The position numbers and the translations under genes were made by a program. A stretch of 64,000 nt of DNA from Camelus ferus (Eukaryota), in contig NC_045698.1 in NCBI RefSeq assembly GCF_009834535.1, positions 2,234,001-2,298,000 of the forward strand. Direction: 5' to 3'. Below are positions 40,212 through 52,895 of this stretch, piece after piece. Under the pieces are notes generated by a model. It saw only the letters and a list, made by a program, of their open reading frames with translations. It had not been told where the DNA came from and did no database searches. Every line of letters begins with the position of its first letter. Positions within the stretch are counted from its first letter, which is position 1.

Positions 40212-41079
40212 CTTGAGCAGAATGTGAGACAAGGCCACGGGGCCGACCGCTCCGCACAGCCTTGCTGTTTGAGGGCGTCGGTGGCCCCGGCGCTTCCAGC
40301 AGGGGCAGCGGATCTTGCACTCTAAGTGCTGGTACATGACTTTGAAGGGTAGGAACCTGGAGCGCAGATTCCCCGAGAAGGAACCCAGCCTTCAGGAGGA
40401 GGTTTGCTGGGGTTGGTGGCTGCCCTGTTGAGATGGCTTCTACCATCCTACCAAGTGTCACCAACGGCCACTAGTCCTGGTTGTACCTAAACCCTGGTGG
40501 TAATCAGATTTTGTAAACTTCAGTGTAAATCAGATTTTGTTTGCCAATTTTCTAACCAAGTTTAAGAGACAAGATGTGAGGCAGACAATATAGGTTTGGA
40601 AGCAAAGTGCTTTTACTCTATTGCAACGGAAAAACAAATAAAATGCCAGACAAATAGCCTAAGGTACGTATTTTCACCTACAAGGTATATAGAGAAAGAA
40701 GACATTAGGGAAAACATTAATGTGTAGAAAAAACTACCAGTGCATTCCGGAAAAAAAAAAAAACTTAAAATGTCTACATCAATATTTCATGGATTCCTAC
40801 AAGTTGAAACTCTAAAAATATTATTTTAGAATTAAAGATGAAAAGTATGCTATCCACGTTTCTTTCACAGAAAACAATAGGTAAGTTGTATATCAACGCT
40901 CATCTCCTTCGAACGCCGTGAGGAAAGCACACGTGTGGCTATTTGAGGTTCGTATGTGTTTATACCAACTTGGAGGAGAAAAGATGTTGAGTGAAATATT
41001 TTTTTCACATTCCTATTGAATTGAAACTAACCCTGATTCTTCTGTGGTTCTGATCTCTGGGTATCAGGGATCCAAAGGG

Positions 41080-41497
41080 TCATAAAACAATAAAAATGGA
41101 TGATTGAGCTATGGCAGAAGGGGACGCCACTGAGCGGGACATGATGTGTATGATGAGGAACGTGAGTGAGGTGCATCTGACGTCATCTTTCTGGACACCA
41201 GAGTCGGGATCAAGTTTCCACCTTTGTGGGACTGCGACTCCAGGGCACGTGGGCCCCCATCTCCTGGAACGAGCATGGCAGAGGTTCAAGAAGAACCACA
41301 GTAAACCCAACTCTTGGAAGGCCTTCCTAGTAGGCGTTAGGGTCCTGATCCCGCAGATCCAGCTAGATGTTTGCACGGCCCTTTGCAACAACTTATCCAA
41401 TTTTCTTTGGCAATCCGTTGCCTATTCTGGTGTCTTCTTATTCAACAAGTTCCTCCTGAATTGGTTGAAAATAGTCTTTTAAATCTTGATATGAACT
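41080..41497 (-). pseudogene. Exon SSYQDLKDYFQPIQEELVE* with decayed coding-like continuation (...AIAQSSIF)
   Basis: Acceptor catcttctattttag|AGT, phase 0 matching the upstream exon; TAA at 41440-41438. Confidence 0.6.
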
Positions 41498-42679
41498 CTA
41501 AAATAGAAGATGTTTGCATCATGAGGACACCAAAAAAAAAAAAAAACACTGTTAAGGTTAATTTCACAGGGACATATTGTTCAGAGTGTGCACCGTCTGT
41601 CTGCTCAGTATGCATTAAAGCTCTGAAAGTGAAGAGGAAAAAAATCTCTTCTCTCCCACACGAGGTACCCTCACCAACACATTAAGATTCCCTATTGATT
41701 ATTTGAACATGCAACATTTTTAGCAAATGATTAACTATAAAATTCCAGCCCTTGTTTTTCAGTAGGGGATGCCCAGTTTTATTGAAAGAGTGCATTACAG
41801 TATGAAATTTGACCAGTAAGTACTTGCATATGAACCTGCTCATGTAGTGTGTAATAAGCTGGTTATATGACACGTTGATTTAGACCACACCGTTCATGTT
41901 GACAGTTATAGTGTAACTATCAATATTATACAAATTAAATGTTTCTAAAAGCACATTCTGACACAAAAGCAGTGTACGTGCTGGATGAGGTCCTGAAGCA
42001 TAATATACTTCTGGTCCATGGAGAAGGTTGTGTCCTAAACATTTCTAGTTTTAATTTTTGTTGTCATAGCACACACATTTTCCAAATTCTAAGTCAAAAA
42101 TAAATTCTGTCCTCAGCTGTCAAATGGTCTGGAAAGCCAGCCTAACAACAGACAAGGCTCAGTGTTTACTCAGCTCAAGTCAGCTCTACCTTCAGACACT
42201 GTCAGAACAAACCTCGGTTCCCAGGAGACTCCTTCTGGATGGCTTTTGGACAACAGTGCCAGAGCGGGGGGAGCAGGCTCGGGGTGTTTTCATGCCTAAT
42301 GTCAGGTTATGGAGGAAACACTCATTCAAAAAATTGGACGTTCTTTCTAAGTCTGAACTTAATTTATAAAAGTTGACAACACATCTTGGGCCTCGGTGGG
42401 CTTTCTATTTGGGCAGACATCTTGCAGGAGTCCTCGCTTTAATCCATGGGAAAGCTCAGATTCCAAGTCTACCCAGCTCCCTTCAACCTCAGCAGGAACC
42501 ACAGCGCTGGCTGGTTGATGGAATGTGAGTCCAGGCTGAAGTGACATTTTATCTCCCTGACTTATGTTTCCTTCTATAGACATATCAGTATAAATCTTTT
42601 TGGACAGACATTATGGGGTTTAATTGTTAACAACTGCAGTATGAATGCTGCTTAGAAGAATTCGTGTTTTCCTAGCACC

Positions 42680-42815
42680 TCCAGTGTCCTGGTGAAACGT
42701 TACTGTATTTCCCAGTTCCTGTAACCTTCACCGTGATGTGTGTGGGAAGTGTCGTTTTCCTACCTGGAGAATAAGGAGGCTGAGGGACAGCGAGATTAGG
42801 CAGCCCGCCCCAGGG
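42680..42815. mobile_element. Possible MIR remnant
   Basis: gagaataaggaggctgagggacagcgagattaggcagcccgcccc resembles the MIR core. Confidence 0.35.
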
Positions 42816-43254
42816 AAGTGACTTGCCCGCCCCATTTCAGCTGGGGAGCAAGCTGCCCGCCGCACGGAGCTGCGCTGCAGAGTATGAAGCTTGCGCCTGC
42901 GCTCTGGCCCTCAGCAGCCCGTGCGGCTGGAGCCTCGCCCTGCTCCCTGAGCCATCTGAGCTGAGCAGCAGCCTGACTCCCAAGCCAAGGTCAAAGACGG
43001 TGTTCCTAACACCGTGAGCACCGTGCCTGGCACTCGCCGACCACCATCGGCATGACCGTTAGTCGTGGCTCTACTGTTCTATGGATCTGCATGAATGACC
43101 TAAGTGTCCTCCAGAAACAAAGGTGATGAGAGCCAGAATGAGGCCCACCTTCCTACCTTTTAAAGTTGTTGACTGATGAATCTGTGTGGCCGCCTGCTCT
43201 GTGCACAGAACTGGGCTTCGGGGAAGACGGGCCTGCTCATCCTGGCTACTGGTT

Positions 43255-43410
43255 GCTCAGCCCTCACGGCCCTGCCAGGTGCTGTCACAAAGGCCACATC
43301 TACCAGCCACACACGAGAAGTCTGGTGTCAACACCTCCATGTTGCAGGTGAGAAAGCAGAACCCACCAAAGGTTAAGACCTTTGACCGAGGCTCTCCCTC
43401 TGGCCAGCTG
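43255..43410. mobile_element. Possible MIR remnant
   Basis: ctccatgttgcaggtgagaaagcagaacccaccaaaggttaag resembles the MIR core. Confidence 0.4.
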
Positions 43411-44840
43411 GTCTACCACACATGATGGCGTGGGTTCTTGTGCACGAGAAATGACTGTGTCTTTCTAACAAAGAGGCGCTCCTCCCATGAGGGCATTTTA
43501 TGGGCTTTGTCAGGGGAACAGGCACTGAAATTGGAAAGAAAAATACAAATGTGAACTGAGAACCACAGGACGAGGCAATAAAGATATTAAACTAGTTCCT
43601 TTTAGTATTTGCACCCACATGACTTGGGAGCGTGTCTACATTTCTAGATTGTGTGTGTGTATTTGTAGTGATCTTATTGTAAATACTAGAGCAAGGCTGA
43701 CTGTCACATAGGCCTGTCCTTGTGCTGCACTGGACGTGTAAATCCACACTCACACCGAGCAGACCTGTCACAGGTCGCACTGGTGACAACAGGCGGCCAG
43801 AAAAGCAGACGTTGGTCTGTCAGGGGTTACTGGGCAGAGCTGATATTTCAGAGACAAGAAATAGATCAATTATTGAATTTGTGCATTAATACACTGCTTG
43901 CTAGTAAGTCTGTCATCAGTAAATCCTTGCCCAAGGCAGGTCTAGGTAATGAGTGTGACATGGAGAAACGGGGCTGTGACCCACGCCCTGGAGTGGGTGG
44001 CAGTGTGGCAGGTGTTCTCCGATTAACACCGTAAAGGACTAAAGAATCCTAGGTGGGCACGCTGACCAGGTGTGGTGACCAAGCAGAGGAGGAGGGAGAG
44101 CCAGTGATGCTCCTGGATGTAGAAGAGCCCCAGAGGGCGGGTTCAGTCGGAGAGAGGAGATGCGAGGGCTCGGGGCTCAGAGGGGAGGGCTGAGCGCAGT
44201 CCTGGAAGCAGGACCATGCTGAACGGGTGTGATGGCCACAGGCGCGGGGAGGATGGAGAGTGAGTGACCGCAGACACACGGCCGCGGGAAGGAGAGAAGG
44301 AGGGGGTGGGATTGGTGGGCAGGGCCCTACCTCTCCCTGCGCAGGCAGGGGAGGTACCCACACGACGTCCAGGAGCCAGGAGAGGAGGAAGCAAGGTCTC
44401 CTTTGTTGTGAAGATGGGATGGAAGGGGAAGGCGTGGACGCGCACGGCGTGGGGACGGCTGCTTTCCAGGGGAGTCACTGACAAAATAAGAACGTCCTCC
44501 CAGGACAGATCCCTAGGCACACATCTCCCCCCATCTCTGAAGGGTGATGTCTCCTTGGAATCCAAAGGAACGGCTGCTGGTTGACTTTTTAAATGCCTGC
44601 ATTATGAATGTGCCAGGAGTAAGTCATGCAGTTTCGCTGTTTTATTGTCATCTAAATTTGTGAAAACTCAGTCCTGCCTGGAATGTCTCGCTCTTTACTC
44701 CACCTAAGACCCGGGATGTCACGTGTCCCTTTCATGTTCGCTCTGTTCCCCCCCCCCCACTTAATGTATTCAGGCGCCTTGTGTGCATAATAATGGACTT
44801 CCTTCTCGAGGCGCGTGTGGGGATGGGGTTGATGAATTAC

Positions 44841-44977
44841 CAAATTGGCTGTTTTACTTGATTCGGAAAAGGTGTTTGTCACATTTTCTGCAAACAGTGC
44901 ATGAACATCTTTCATAAATGATGCATAGCCCTTCCATGAATTGGGCCCGAACGCAGCAATAACTCTTGTAACAGTAT
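44841..44977 (-). pseudogene. Intact-looking exon DTVTRVIAAFGPNSWKGYASFMKDVHALFAENVTNTFSESSKTANL
   Basis: Acceptor tgcttttcaaatttcag|AT, donor TTG|gtaatt, 137 nt, phase 1->0, no stops. Confidence 0.7.
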
Positions 44978-45419
44978 CTGAAATTTGAAAAGCAATTATG
45001 GAAGTATGTCCTGCCTGAGCAAAATGTCTCCTCCTGCCACTTGGCCACCGCACAGCTCAGAGCAAATATTTGAAGCTGGAATTAGGACTCGCTGCCATGC
45101 ATACGTAAGTGACGAGAGTAGCTGCTCCCACCAGGATTCTCCGTCCTCCGCTGGAGACGGTGTGCGGCGGGAGGGCCGCGGACCGGGCCGGGGGAACGCC
45201 CCTCTCCTCCCTGCCGACTCCGGCCACATAGACGGTCCTCGCAGGGAACACCGTGTGAAAGCAAATCCGGGCTGGAAAAAAAAAAAAAACACAAAACACG
45301 TAATGAGCCATCTTCACAGTTCCATGTGTGGCGGTTCAAACTACTCCAAACGCACAGCCCTTGAATAAACAAGGAGACAGTATTTGTGAAGTAGAATTAA
45401 ATAGCTTAAAGCAGTTTTC

Positions 45420-45450
<31 letters not shown>

Positions 45451-45639
45451 GCAAGCCGAAGCCTTTTAGGGATTGCTCGGAGGAGTGTTTGCTGCGCCTC
45501 TCCCGTGAAGGCTGTGTGGAAATCAGGGAGCTGCACACGCCGCTCGTGGCCTACTTTGAAATTCAAAACCGGGCGGGGAGGGGGCTGAAAACGATATTGT
45601 CCTTTCTCGGCAGAAAGGTGCTTCCTTCTCCTCCTCACC

Positions 45640-47100
45640 ATGACTGTCACAGTAATCTGATATGACAAATTCACAGACACTGGATTAGCAGCCGGTGGAG
45701 AAAGACGAAGCGGTTAATATTTGTTGATGTTACTTTTATCTGGCTGGTTTGTGTCCCTGGGCTGTGGTTACCTTGGCAATGCGGATTTAACCATTTTCTG
45801 AAGCTGTTAAAAATGCCAGGAGATTCTCTCTTCAAAATTCCAGGGCCTGCGGGCTGCTTGTCATTTTGTATGCTGTCAAAATCCTTGATGTTCCCGGACT
45901 CTTGATGTCAGGCTGTGAAAAATGCTTAGCTCAATTTAAGCCTCTCGCAAAAAAGGACTAACAACTGTAATTAAATCATTAAATTCTTGTCTACGCTTCA
46001 CAGAGCATAGAGAAAATTAACTTCCCACCAACCTCATTTTCTACTTGAACATGAAATAATGATTTTTTGCTCATATAATTACAAAGCTAACAGCTGATAG
46101 AGTCGGCATCCAGGGGGGATTATCGCGGGCCCGAGCATTAGACCTCATTACCAGCTTGACTGCAAAATTATTACATCTTGTAATTGGATGGTGAGATTTA
46201 TATACAGATTGGCCGGGTTTCTGTAAGATTGTAATTACAAGCTTCATTGGTTTGCTACTTATCGGAACTTCACAGAGAAAACAACTGGTAAAATGAAATG
46301 AGCATTTCATTAACCTATCGCCTTATCATGGGAAAACCTGTGTAACAGGCGTGTATGCATTAACATAAATAGGATCATTCATTGCTATGCCGGAGAGGCC
46401 GGCGTCTGTGTGCCTGCGTGTGCGCGTGGAAGGGAGGTGTGTCCTGACCATCCATCCTTGTTCAGTTTATTTAACCTTCAAAATCTGAGCTGATGGAAAA
46501 AATAATAAAGTAGTTATCTCTCTTACAAGGATGAACACACTATATCTATTACTTAAAGGCTAACTGACTGTGAAAAGTGCTCGTTTCATGAGAGGCGAGC
46601 GCTATGATTCTTCGCGAGCACAGAGGTGCTGCTCTGATGTTCCTTTCAATGTTAACAAAATCTCTGGCCTTGTTCCCTGCTCAGATACAACGGCGGCTGG
46701 AGATTGGATGCCGGCGTAAATAACCTCCTCACTCGGTGACATACCGGATCGATCCGGGGTCTTGATTTGATAGGCGCTCACACAAAGGAAAGGAGTCAGA
46801 GCCGGCGAGGCAGCGGGAGAAGGGGAGGCCGAGAGGCAGAGGGGAGCGCGAGGGGGAACGTAAAATTGTTCAATCACACAGCAAACACTATTTTTCTTTC
46901 TTTAACGAGAGATTTCATGGTGTGGTCGATGCTTGGCAGGTCCAGCTGAGTGCCACTAACGTCAGTGTTACCCTCCTCCAATCGGCGGCCCGGCTGTAAT
47001 GGAGCTGTTATTGAACTTCATTGTCTGGATTGGGTTTTCAGCTGGGATCAATGCTGTTTTAACATGAGGCTGATAAAAGGCAGGGTGGAGACCTGGGGCC
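45640..47100. promoter_or_regulatory. Putative conserved non-coding enhancer cluster
   Basis: Repeat-free, non-coding, AT-enriched core inside GC-rich flanks, dense TAAT/ATTA and TGTCA/TGAT motifs; conservation not tested. Confidence 0.5.
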
Positions 47101-47629
47101 CCTGGACCTTTCTAGACCGACACCTGGCATTAGGGCGGCCCGCTCACGCCCCTCGGTCGTCCGTGCGTCGACATCTTCACCCCCAGCTCTGCTTTCCAAG
47201 CCCTACCCCCCAGATGCGGGGAAAAATTGCATTTATAATCCGAATGAGGCAGACCCATTCTCACACCCAGCACCTAAAAGGCGTGATTAACCGTCCAGGT
47301 AGCAGGCAGAGAAACAGGAGGCGAAAATGTTCATCGCACTTTTCAGAATCCCTTTCGCTTCAAAATGACTCCCGTCTACATGGAATCTTGAAAAGGTATG
47401 AGACAACTTTCCTGAATTTTTGGTTACTTCCAATCTTTCAGTTTTTTTTTTTTTTTTCTCCTTAAACACAGAGCACATTTGACTGTAGAGATGAACACAC
47501 TTCGCTGTGATGCACAGAGCATGGGGTTCCTGTTCGCCATGAAGATTAGGACGCATGATGTCATTAAAATGCAAGAGAAAAATTAGGCTGTAAAGCAAAT
47601 GGAAGTGTAGCGCTCAGCAGGAAGGAGGA

Positions 47630-47754
47630 GCCGAGCCGCCGGAGGCGCCAGCGTGTGATGAGTGTGCGTGTCAGTGTGTTGATCTCCTCGCTGAAGGAAT
47701 TTTCTATTTCCCGTCGACTTTTGCACAGACTTGAGGCGAGCTTCCACCGCACGT
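47630..47754 (-). pseudogene. Exon-like segment (H)VRWKLASSLCKSRREIENSFSEEINTL...
   Basis: Acceptor cccctgctcccctcag|AC; open frame; no clear donor. Confidence 0.45.
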
Positions 47755-48564
47755 CTGAGGGGAGCAGGGGTCGGACGTGGCCCCGCGTCCCCACCAGCAC
47801 AGGTGGTGCTTCAGCCAGGCAGCACACAGGCCCGCCTTTCGCGTCTGTAACGCGCAGGCTGTGACTTCGGCTGCAGTGAGGAACACGAAGGTGGGCCCGT
47901 GGCCACCGAGAAGCAGCGAAGACCAGCTCTGAGGACGGGCTTTGGGGAGAAGTGCTGCGAAACTCCGAGAAGAAGGGCGGACGAGAGGCCTGGGCGCGGG
48001 AGCGGATCGTCGCTCTTCTCCGTCACTGGTTTGACTTCAACCACTCGTGATTCAGGAAGGAACGAAAGAATAGTAGGGCAACTCCAGGGGTGTTGGGAGG
48101 TGGCTTTTGCTTTTGTGATCGTCGGCAGTCCAAAGTGAGTGAAAAAGTGAGGCCCTGAAAGTGAAAAGGGAGAAAATACGTGATTCCTATTTCAAAATAA
48201 TGAGGGATTTGGAAAGAGGTTCTAGAAGGTGGTGGGGGAGATTTGAAGCTTAGTGGGACGTGCACCTCTCACCTGAAGTCCAGCCACATGCCCCCACGCT
48301 CCCCCGACACATAAAATCCAGACCCATCGTCCTCAACTGGGATGGAGGTCAACCCCGCCTCCTCCTGGCTGCCGCGTGCAGGTCGGCTGGAGACACACGC
48401 CCGTCACCTGACCCTGCTCCACCCGCCCGGAGTCCCCCGGGTCGTGGGGGGGTTGAGCCGTGGGTTGCCACACCCAGACAGAGAGCCTGCCTTCCTAGGT
48501 GTGCTTCATAAGACCAGCACGGGGTTTGTGCTTCGGGATCAGAGAGCCTTGACCTTAACCTTGA

Positions 48565-48772
48565 GTTTTTTATTATTAAAGTGTAGTTGAGGTGCAGTGC
48601 TATGTTAGCGCCTGCATCCAGCAAAGTGATTCAGTTGCATACATACATACACGTCTCCTTTTTCAGGTGCTTTTCCGTCACAGGCCATTACAAGGCACTG
48701 AGTGTAGTTCCCTGTGCTGCGTGGAAGGGCCTGGTGGCTTATCTAGTCCATACGCAGTAGTGTGTCTCTGCT
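48565..48772 (-). mobile_element. L1 3' tail fragment, GC-shifted
   Basis: ttattaaagtgtagttg...gtgattcagttgcatacat...agttccctgtgct. Confidence 0.8.
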
Positions 48773-50043
48773 CCGTTTACGGCGCAGCACTGCTGGGAGA
48801 TACAGAGCAGGGGGGAAGCATTTCTAGGTGAGAAGGATGAAGCCCAGGAGGTGGGACAGTGGTTAGCTCAGGGCAGAATGAGCCCCAGGACACAGCCTTT
48901 GCTTGCTCAGGCCTGAGTTGTTTTGTTTTGTTCAATTCAATTCAGATGTCAATCCTAATTTACATTTAGATGTAAAGTTTGGAAAGAGCAGAAGAAAGAA
49001 AAGTACTTATTAAGAAACACAAGAGACATGGACTCATTCATGTTTAAAAAGAAACTGAGCACCATTCAAAGGTGGAGGGTGGACCGGCCTCAGCTGGCTC
49101 CAGCCGCGGGTGGATGGAGTGAGTCCCACCCGTCTGCCCCCGGCAGGCAGGCAGGGGCCCTTTCTTGCAAGACCACCCCTGCGGTGCCCAAGAGCCAGAG
49201 TGCGACTGGCCCGAAGGGCAAACAGTGTTTTAAAAGGAGGTCAAGAAAAGGTAAATTCTGCTCAGTGGATCAAAGTGGTCCCTGAGTGTGTGGACGGGAA
49301 ATGGAGAGGCGGTGGAGGAGGAAAGGGTGTGTCCTCCACCTGAGAAGCATGAGCAGGACCAAGAGGAGAGGCTGCGATGAGGGGATGAAGAAAAAGACGG
49401 GAAAGCACAGAAGAGCACAAAGATGAGCATGAGAAGGAGCCTTGGCCGTTCTCCACTTTCCAGCGGAGCAGCCTTTTTAGGACTTGGGCGAGGCCAGGCG
49501 GGAGAGACACCGGCTGCACCGTCCATCCCTCGCTGGGAAGTGTAGGCAGCGGCGGTCAGTCGCTGACACGGGGTGCAGACCTCAGTCAGTCAGGTGCAGC
49601 CTCGAGGTGCTCCGCCGGAGGACCCGTACAGATGGTCCTTCTCTGCTCATCCATGCATCGCTCGTCCATCCATCGCTCATCCATCAGCACTGACCTTTCA
49701 GCACGAGGGCACTGCTGTTATGATGTCAAGAACCCAGGAAGCTAGAACCTCTTCCTCCTCCATCTGGGAAGAAACGTGAACCCACATGGCACTCCTGCGG
49801 AAACAAGACTGAGTTAAAGTGCTCGGGACGGGAGGAAGGGACGGGCAGGGGAAGGAAGGCACTGCCGTCTGGAGCACCGCAGGGCACCCCAGCTGGGAGT
49901 CAGGTGCTGGCTGGGAAGCTGACCCTGGCTGTCAAACTCTGAGAGCCTTGGGCTTCACCTCTTCTTCCAGACGGTGAGCGTCTGCAAGGCTGCTGGCGCC
50001 CAGAGCTATTTCTGGGTGGCTTTGCACTTTCTCACAGCCTTAC

Positions 50044-50227
50044 GTTTTAAGGTTTCTGAAATCCAGTGTTTCAGAGCTCTGAATTCAGAAATTACCTCTC
50101 CTGTTGTAACTTGTACAAACTCAGCTCCTGGGACAAGACTAGGGTCCAAATTCCAGGTTTTTTTCTTCACGTGGATAAGATTGCAAGTACTCTGGCATGT
50201 ATCGTCCTTCCTCAAAGGGATCCCATC
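50044..50227 (-). pseudogene. Open exon-like segment DGIPLRKDD...WNLDPSLVPGAEFVQVTTGEVISEFRALKHWISETLK
   Basis: Acceptor ggcgcag|GAT, donor AAC|gtaagg, 184 nt, phase 0->1, matching the phase-1 start of the 47754 segment. Confidence 0.55.
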
Positions 50228-50399
50228 CTGCGCCCCGTTAAGTAAAGATGCACTGAGTCTACTCATTAGGGCTCTTCCTCCCACGGTGAGGCCGAGATCT
50301 GGAGGCCCAGGTCCCCCCTCAGCCTCGCTGCCCGCCCCCTCTCCCCTACATCTCCTTCGTAGGCATCTCTGATTTCAAAGCGAGCGCCACTCATCAAAG

Positions 50400-50625
50400 G
50401 AGGGAGTGTTAGCCACTATATATACAAATACATTTTAAAATAGTTTCTTCTGTACAGCACAGGGAACTATGTTCAATATTTTGTAATAACCTTTAATGGA
50501 AAAAATATGAAAATGAATATATGTATGTATATATATGCATGACTGGGACACTGTGCTGTGCACCAGAAATCAATACATTGTAACTGAATGTACTTCAGTT
50601 AAAAAAAAGAAATACAAACAAAAAT
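50400..50625 (+). mobile_element. Young L1 3' tail
   Basis: tgtacagcacagggaactatgttcaatattttgtaataacc...acttcagttaaaaaaaag; same type as 13424-13575. Confidence 0.9.
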
Positions 50626-52723
50626 GAAAGTAGCAAGGATTAAATTATAAACTTCAAAAAAAATAAACAGAAGTGGGGTAGGGACATGGCCCAGAGCAGC
50701 TAAGGACGCGGGACCCTCTGAACCTCTTCTGTCAGGACCACAGACCCTCAGTCTCACATGTCCCCCTGTAAGTTTCTCCCATATGAATGGATAATGGAGA
50801 AAAATGATTCAAATATCCCTTGGGGAGAAAGGGCACAGACGTGTGTCCTGGTTATTGGGTGGTGAAGGCACGGCCGTGTTCCCTGGGTCCTGCCTGGGTG
50901 TAGCGTCCTGTCCTGCCGTCTGTGCTGGGTGAGTGGCCCCTGTGTCCCCACGGCTCCTAGAAGTACAGGATCGCGCGCTGTCGTCTGGCTGGTGGATGGC
51001 CAAGGGGGGCCGTGTCCATGTTTCCTCCCTGAATCCAAATTAGCCTCGCAGCTGGAGAGGCATCAGGGGCTGATAATGGCCTAGCAACCTCCAGCACTAG
51101 CAGAGATGACCTCGGCCCAGTGACCGGAATACACAATGCGGCGTCCTCGGCTCCGGAGCTGGGCCTGCCGCCCGCGCGCCGCCACGGGCACTCGGAGCTG
51201 CCCTGAAGGGAAGATGTCCTCAAATGAAAAGAAGGAGGGCTGCGCCACGCCACCTCTGAGGCACGGCAGCCGACCCTCCTCCCGCCCCTGGGAAAGCACG
51301 TTTATAGGAAGCCGGAAGTAATGGCCAGCCTTGCTCTTAGGCTGTTCATTAGAGGAGGAGCTGTGCATTCATCCGTCCCTCCGCGTGGTTTACAGCCACA
51401 CTGCCTTGTCTGCGCGCCACTGACGCCCGGGGGACGAGGCCTGGACCGTCGGAGCTCGAGGTTAGCCGGAGCCCCCCTCCACCCCTGCTGAACCAGCGCC
51501 GGCATTTCCTTTCTGTGCTGTTTCTTTACTCAAAGTCCACACGTTCGGGGGTCCCTCAGATCCCATTCAGTGAACACGGGCTGGGCGTCTACCCAGTGCC
51601 CTGGGCTGGGGTCGCAGGGACCTGTGGGGAGCCCCGCCCCCCAGCCAGAGAAGGACACAGGGACCCGGAGGGTGGTGCGGGGAGGCAGGAAGCTGATGGA
51701 GGGACCCTCTGCGAGGGTGTGCCGGATGCCCCGCGGCCCCACCGCTGGCCTCGGAAGGTCTCCTGCTCCGGGTTCAGACGGGCGTTTCCTTCCCCAAGGA
51801 ACTAACAGCAGGGGGTCTGTCTCGGCCTCAGAAGCCAGCAGCAGATGTTCTGGTCTTAAACAAGTGAAATCGTGGAAGATGCCAGTTGCATGTAGACCTT
51901 CCAGCCACTGAGATCTGAGCCCGGGCGCTGGAAAGGGAGAAAGCCCCTCCCAGCCCATCTGGGCGGTAAGACCCTGTGACCCACCAGCAGGGCCGACCCC
52001 ATGGATCTGAGGGTCTTCGACTCAGAGAAACACACAACATGAAATAAACCCTTAAAAGGGGTCTTCTCTCACTGAGAGCTCAGACCTAAGGCTGGACAGT
52101 GGCGGTGCTTTGGGAAACAAAACAATCAGAGAAGAAATTAATTGTGCTTTTGCATAAATTGCTATTTTCAAAGGCAGCTTATGGTTTCTATACACAAAGC
52201 AATGATACTGACACATAAAAGATCTACTGATTTTAATTTCATCATGAAAAACATGTGAGTGCAAAATCTTCTTGTGACATGCAAACATATTTTACCCACA
52301 AGGAGCAGACAACTGTGTGTGGGGCCAGCGCTCGGCCTGGGAGCAGAGGCGTCTAGTCAGGATGGACGCCCGGCTGCCACGGGTCCTGTGTGTGTGCGTG
52401 TGTGTGTATGTGCCATGACCCTGCACCTGCTGGGGCGTCACGATGACATAAGGTTATCAGATGCCCCGGGGAGGCCAGCAGCCTCTCGAGGAGGGGAGCT
52501 CCGATTTCCTGAGATATCGAAAGGTATTCAGCTGCTGTGATCACTTCTCCGTGTTGGGATTCTCATAAACGGAGGGTCAGCCCTGAGCTCTCAGTGAACA
52601 CCGGTGGGGGTGGGGGCAGGTGGGGGCACCTGGATGCGCTCCCTGGATTCCTCTCTGCTGCTCTGGCTCTGAGGGAAGAGCCACCCAGGGCTGGGGTAAG
52701 AGGAGGATCTCCGCTGATTAAAC

Positions 52724-52895
52724 ATGCACACACACACATGCATCCATGAGCACGAGCACACGTGTGCACACATGCACACCAACACAGATGTTCAACACGT
52801 GCACATGTGGGCTGCCACACCTGTGCACTCACACATGTACACCCACACACGTGTGCAGACCTGCACACACTCACAGGCACAGCTGTGCACACACG
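52724..52895. repeat. CA/TG-rich low-complexity repeat
   Basis: Imperfect cacac/gtgcac units. Confidence 0.85.

Noticed and set aside
42359..42583. Minus-strand ORF as an exon between 44841 and 41497
   Set aside because: Weak acceptor and no donor; the flanking exons already join in phase. Not excluded, but unsupported.
44854..44977. Alternative Cys-rich frame YCYKSYCCVRAQF...CSCTVCRKC as a zinc-binding terminal exon
   Set aside because: The other frame is open to the donor and phase-matches the next exon; the Cys richness is explained by off-frame TGT/TGC triplets.
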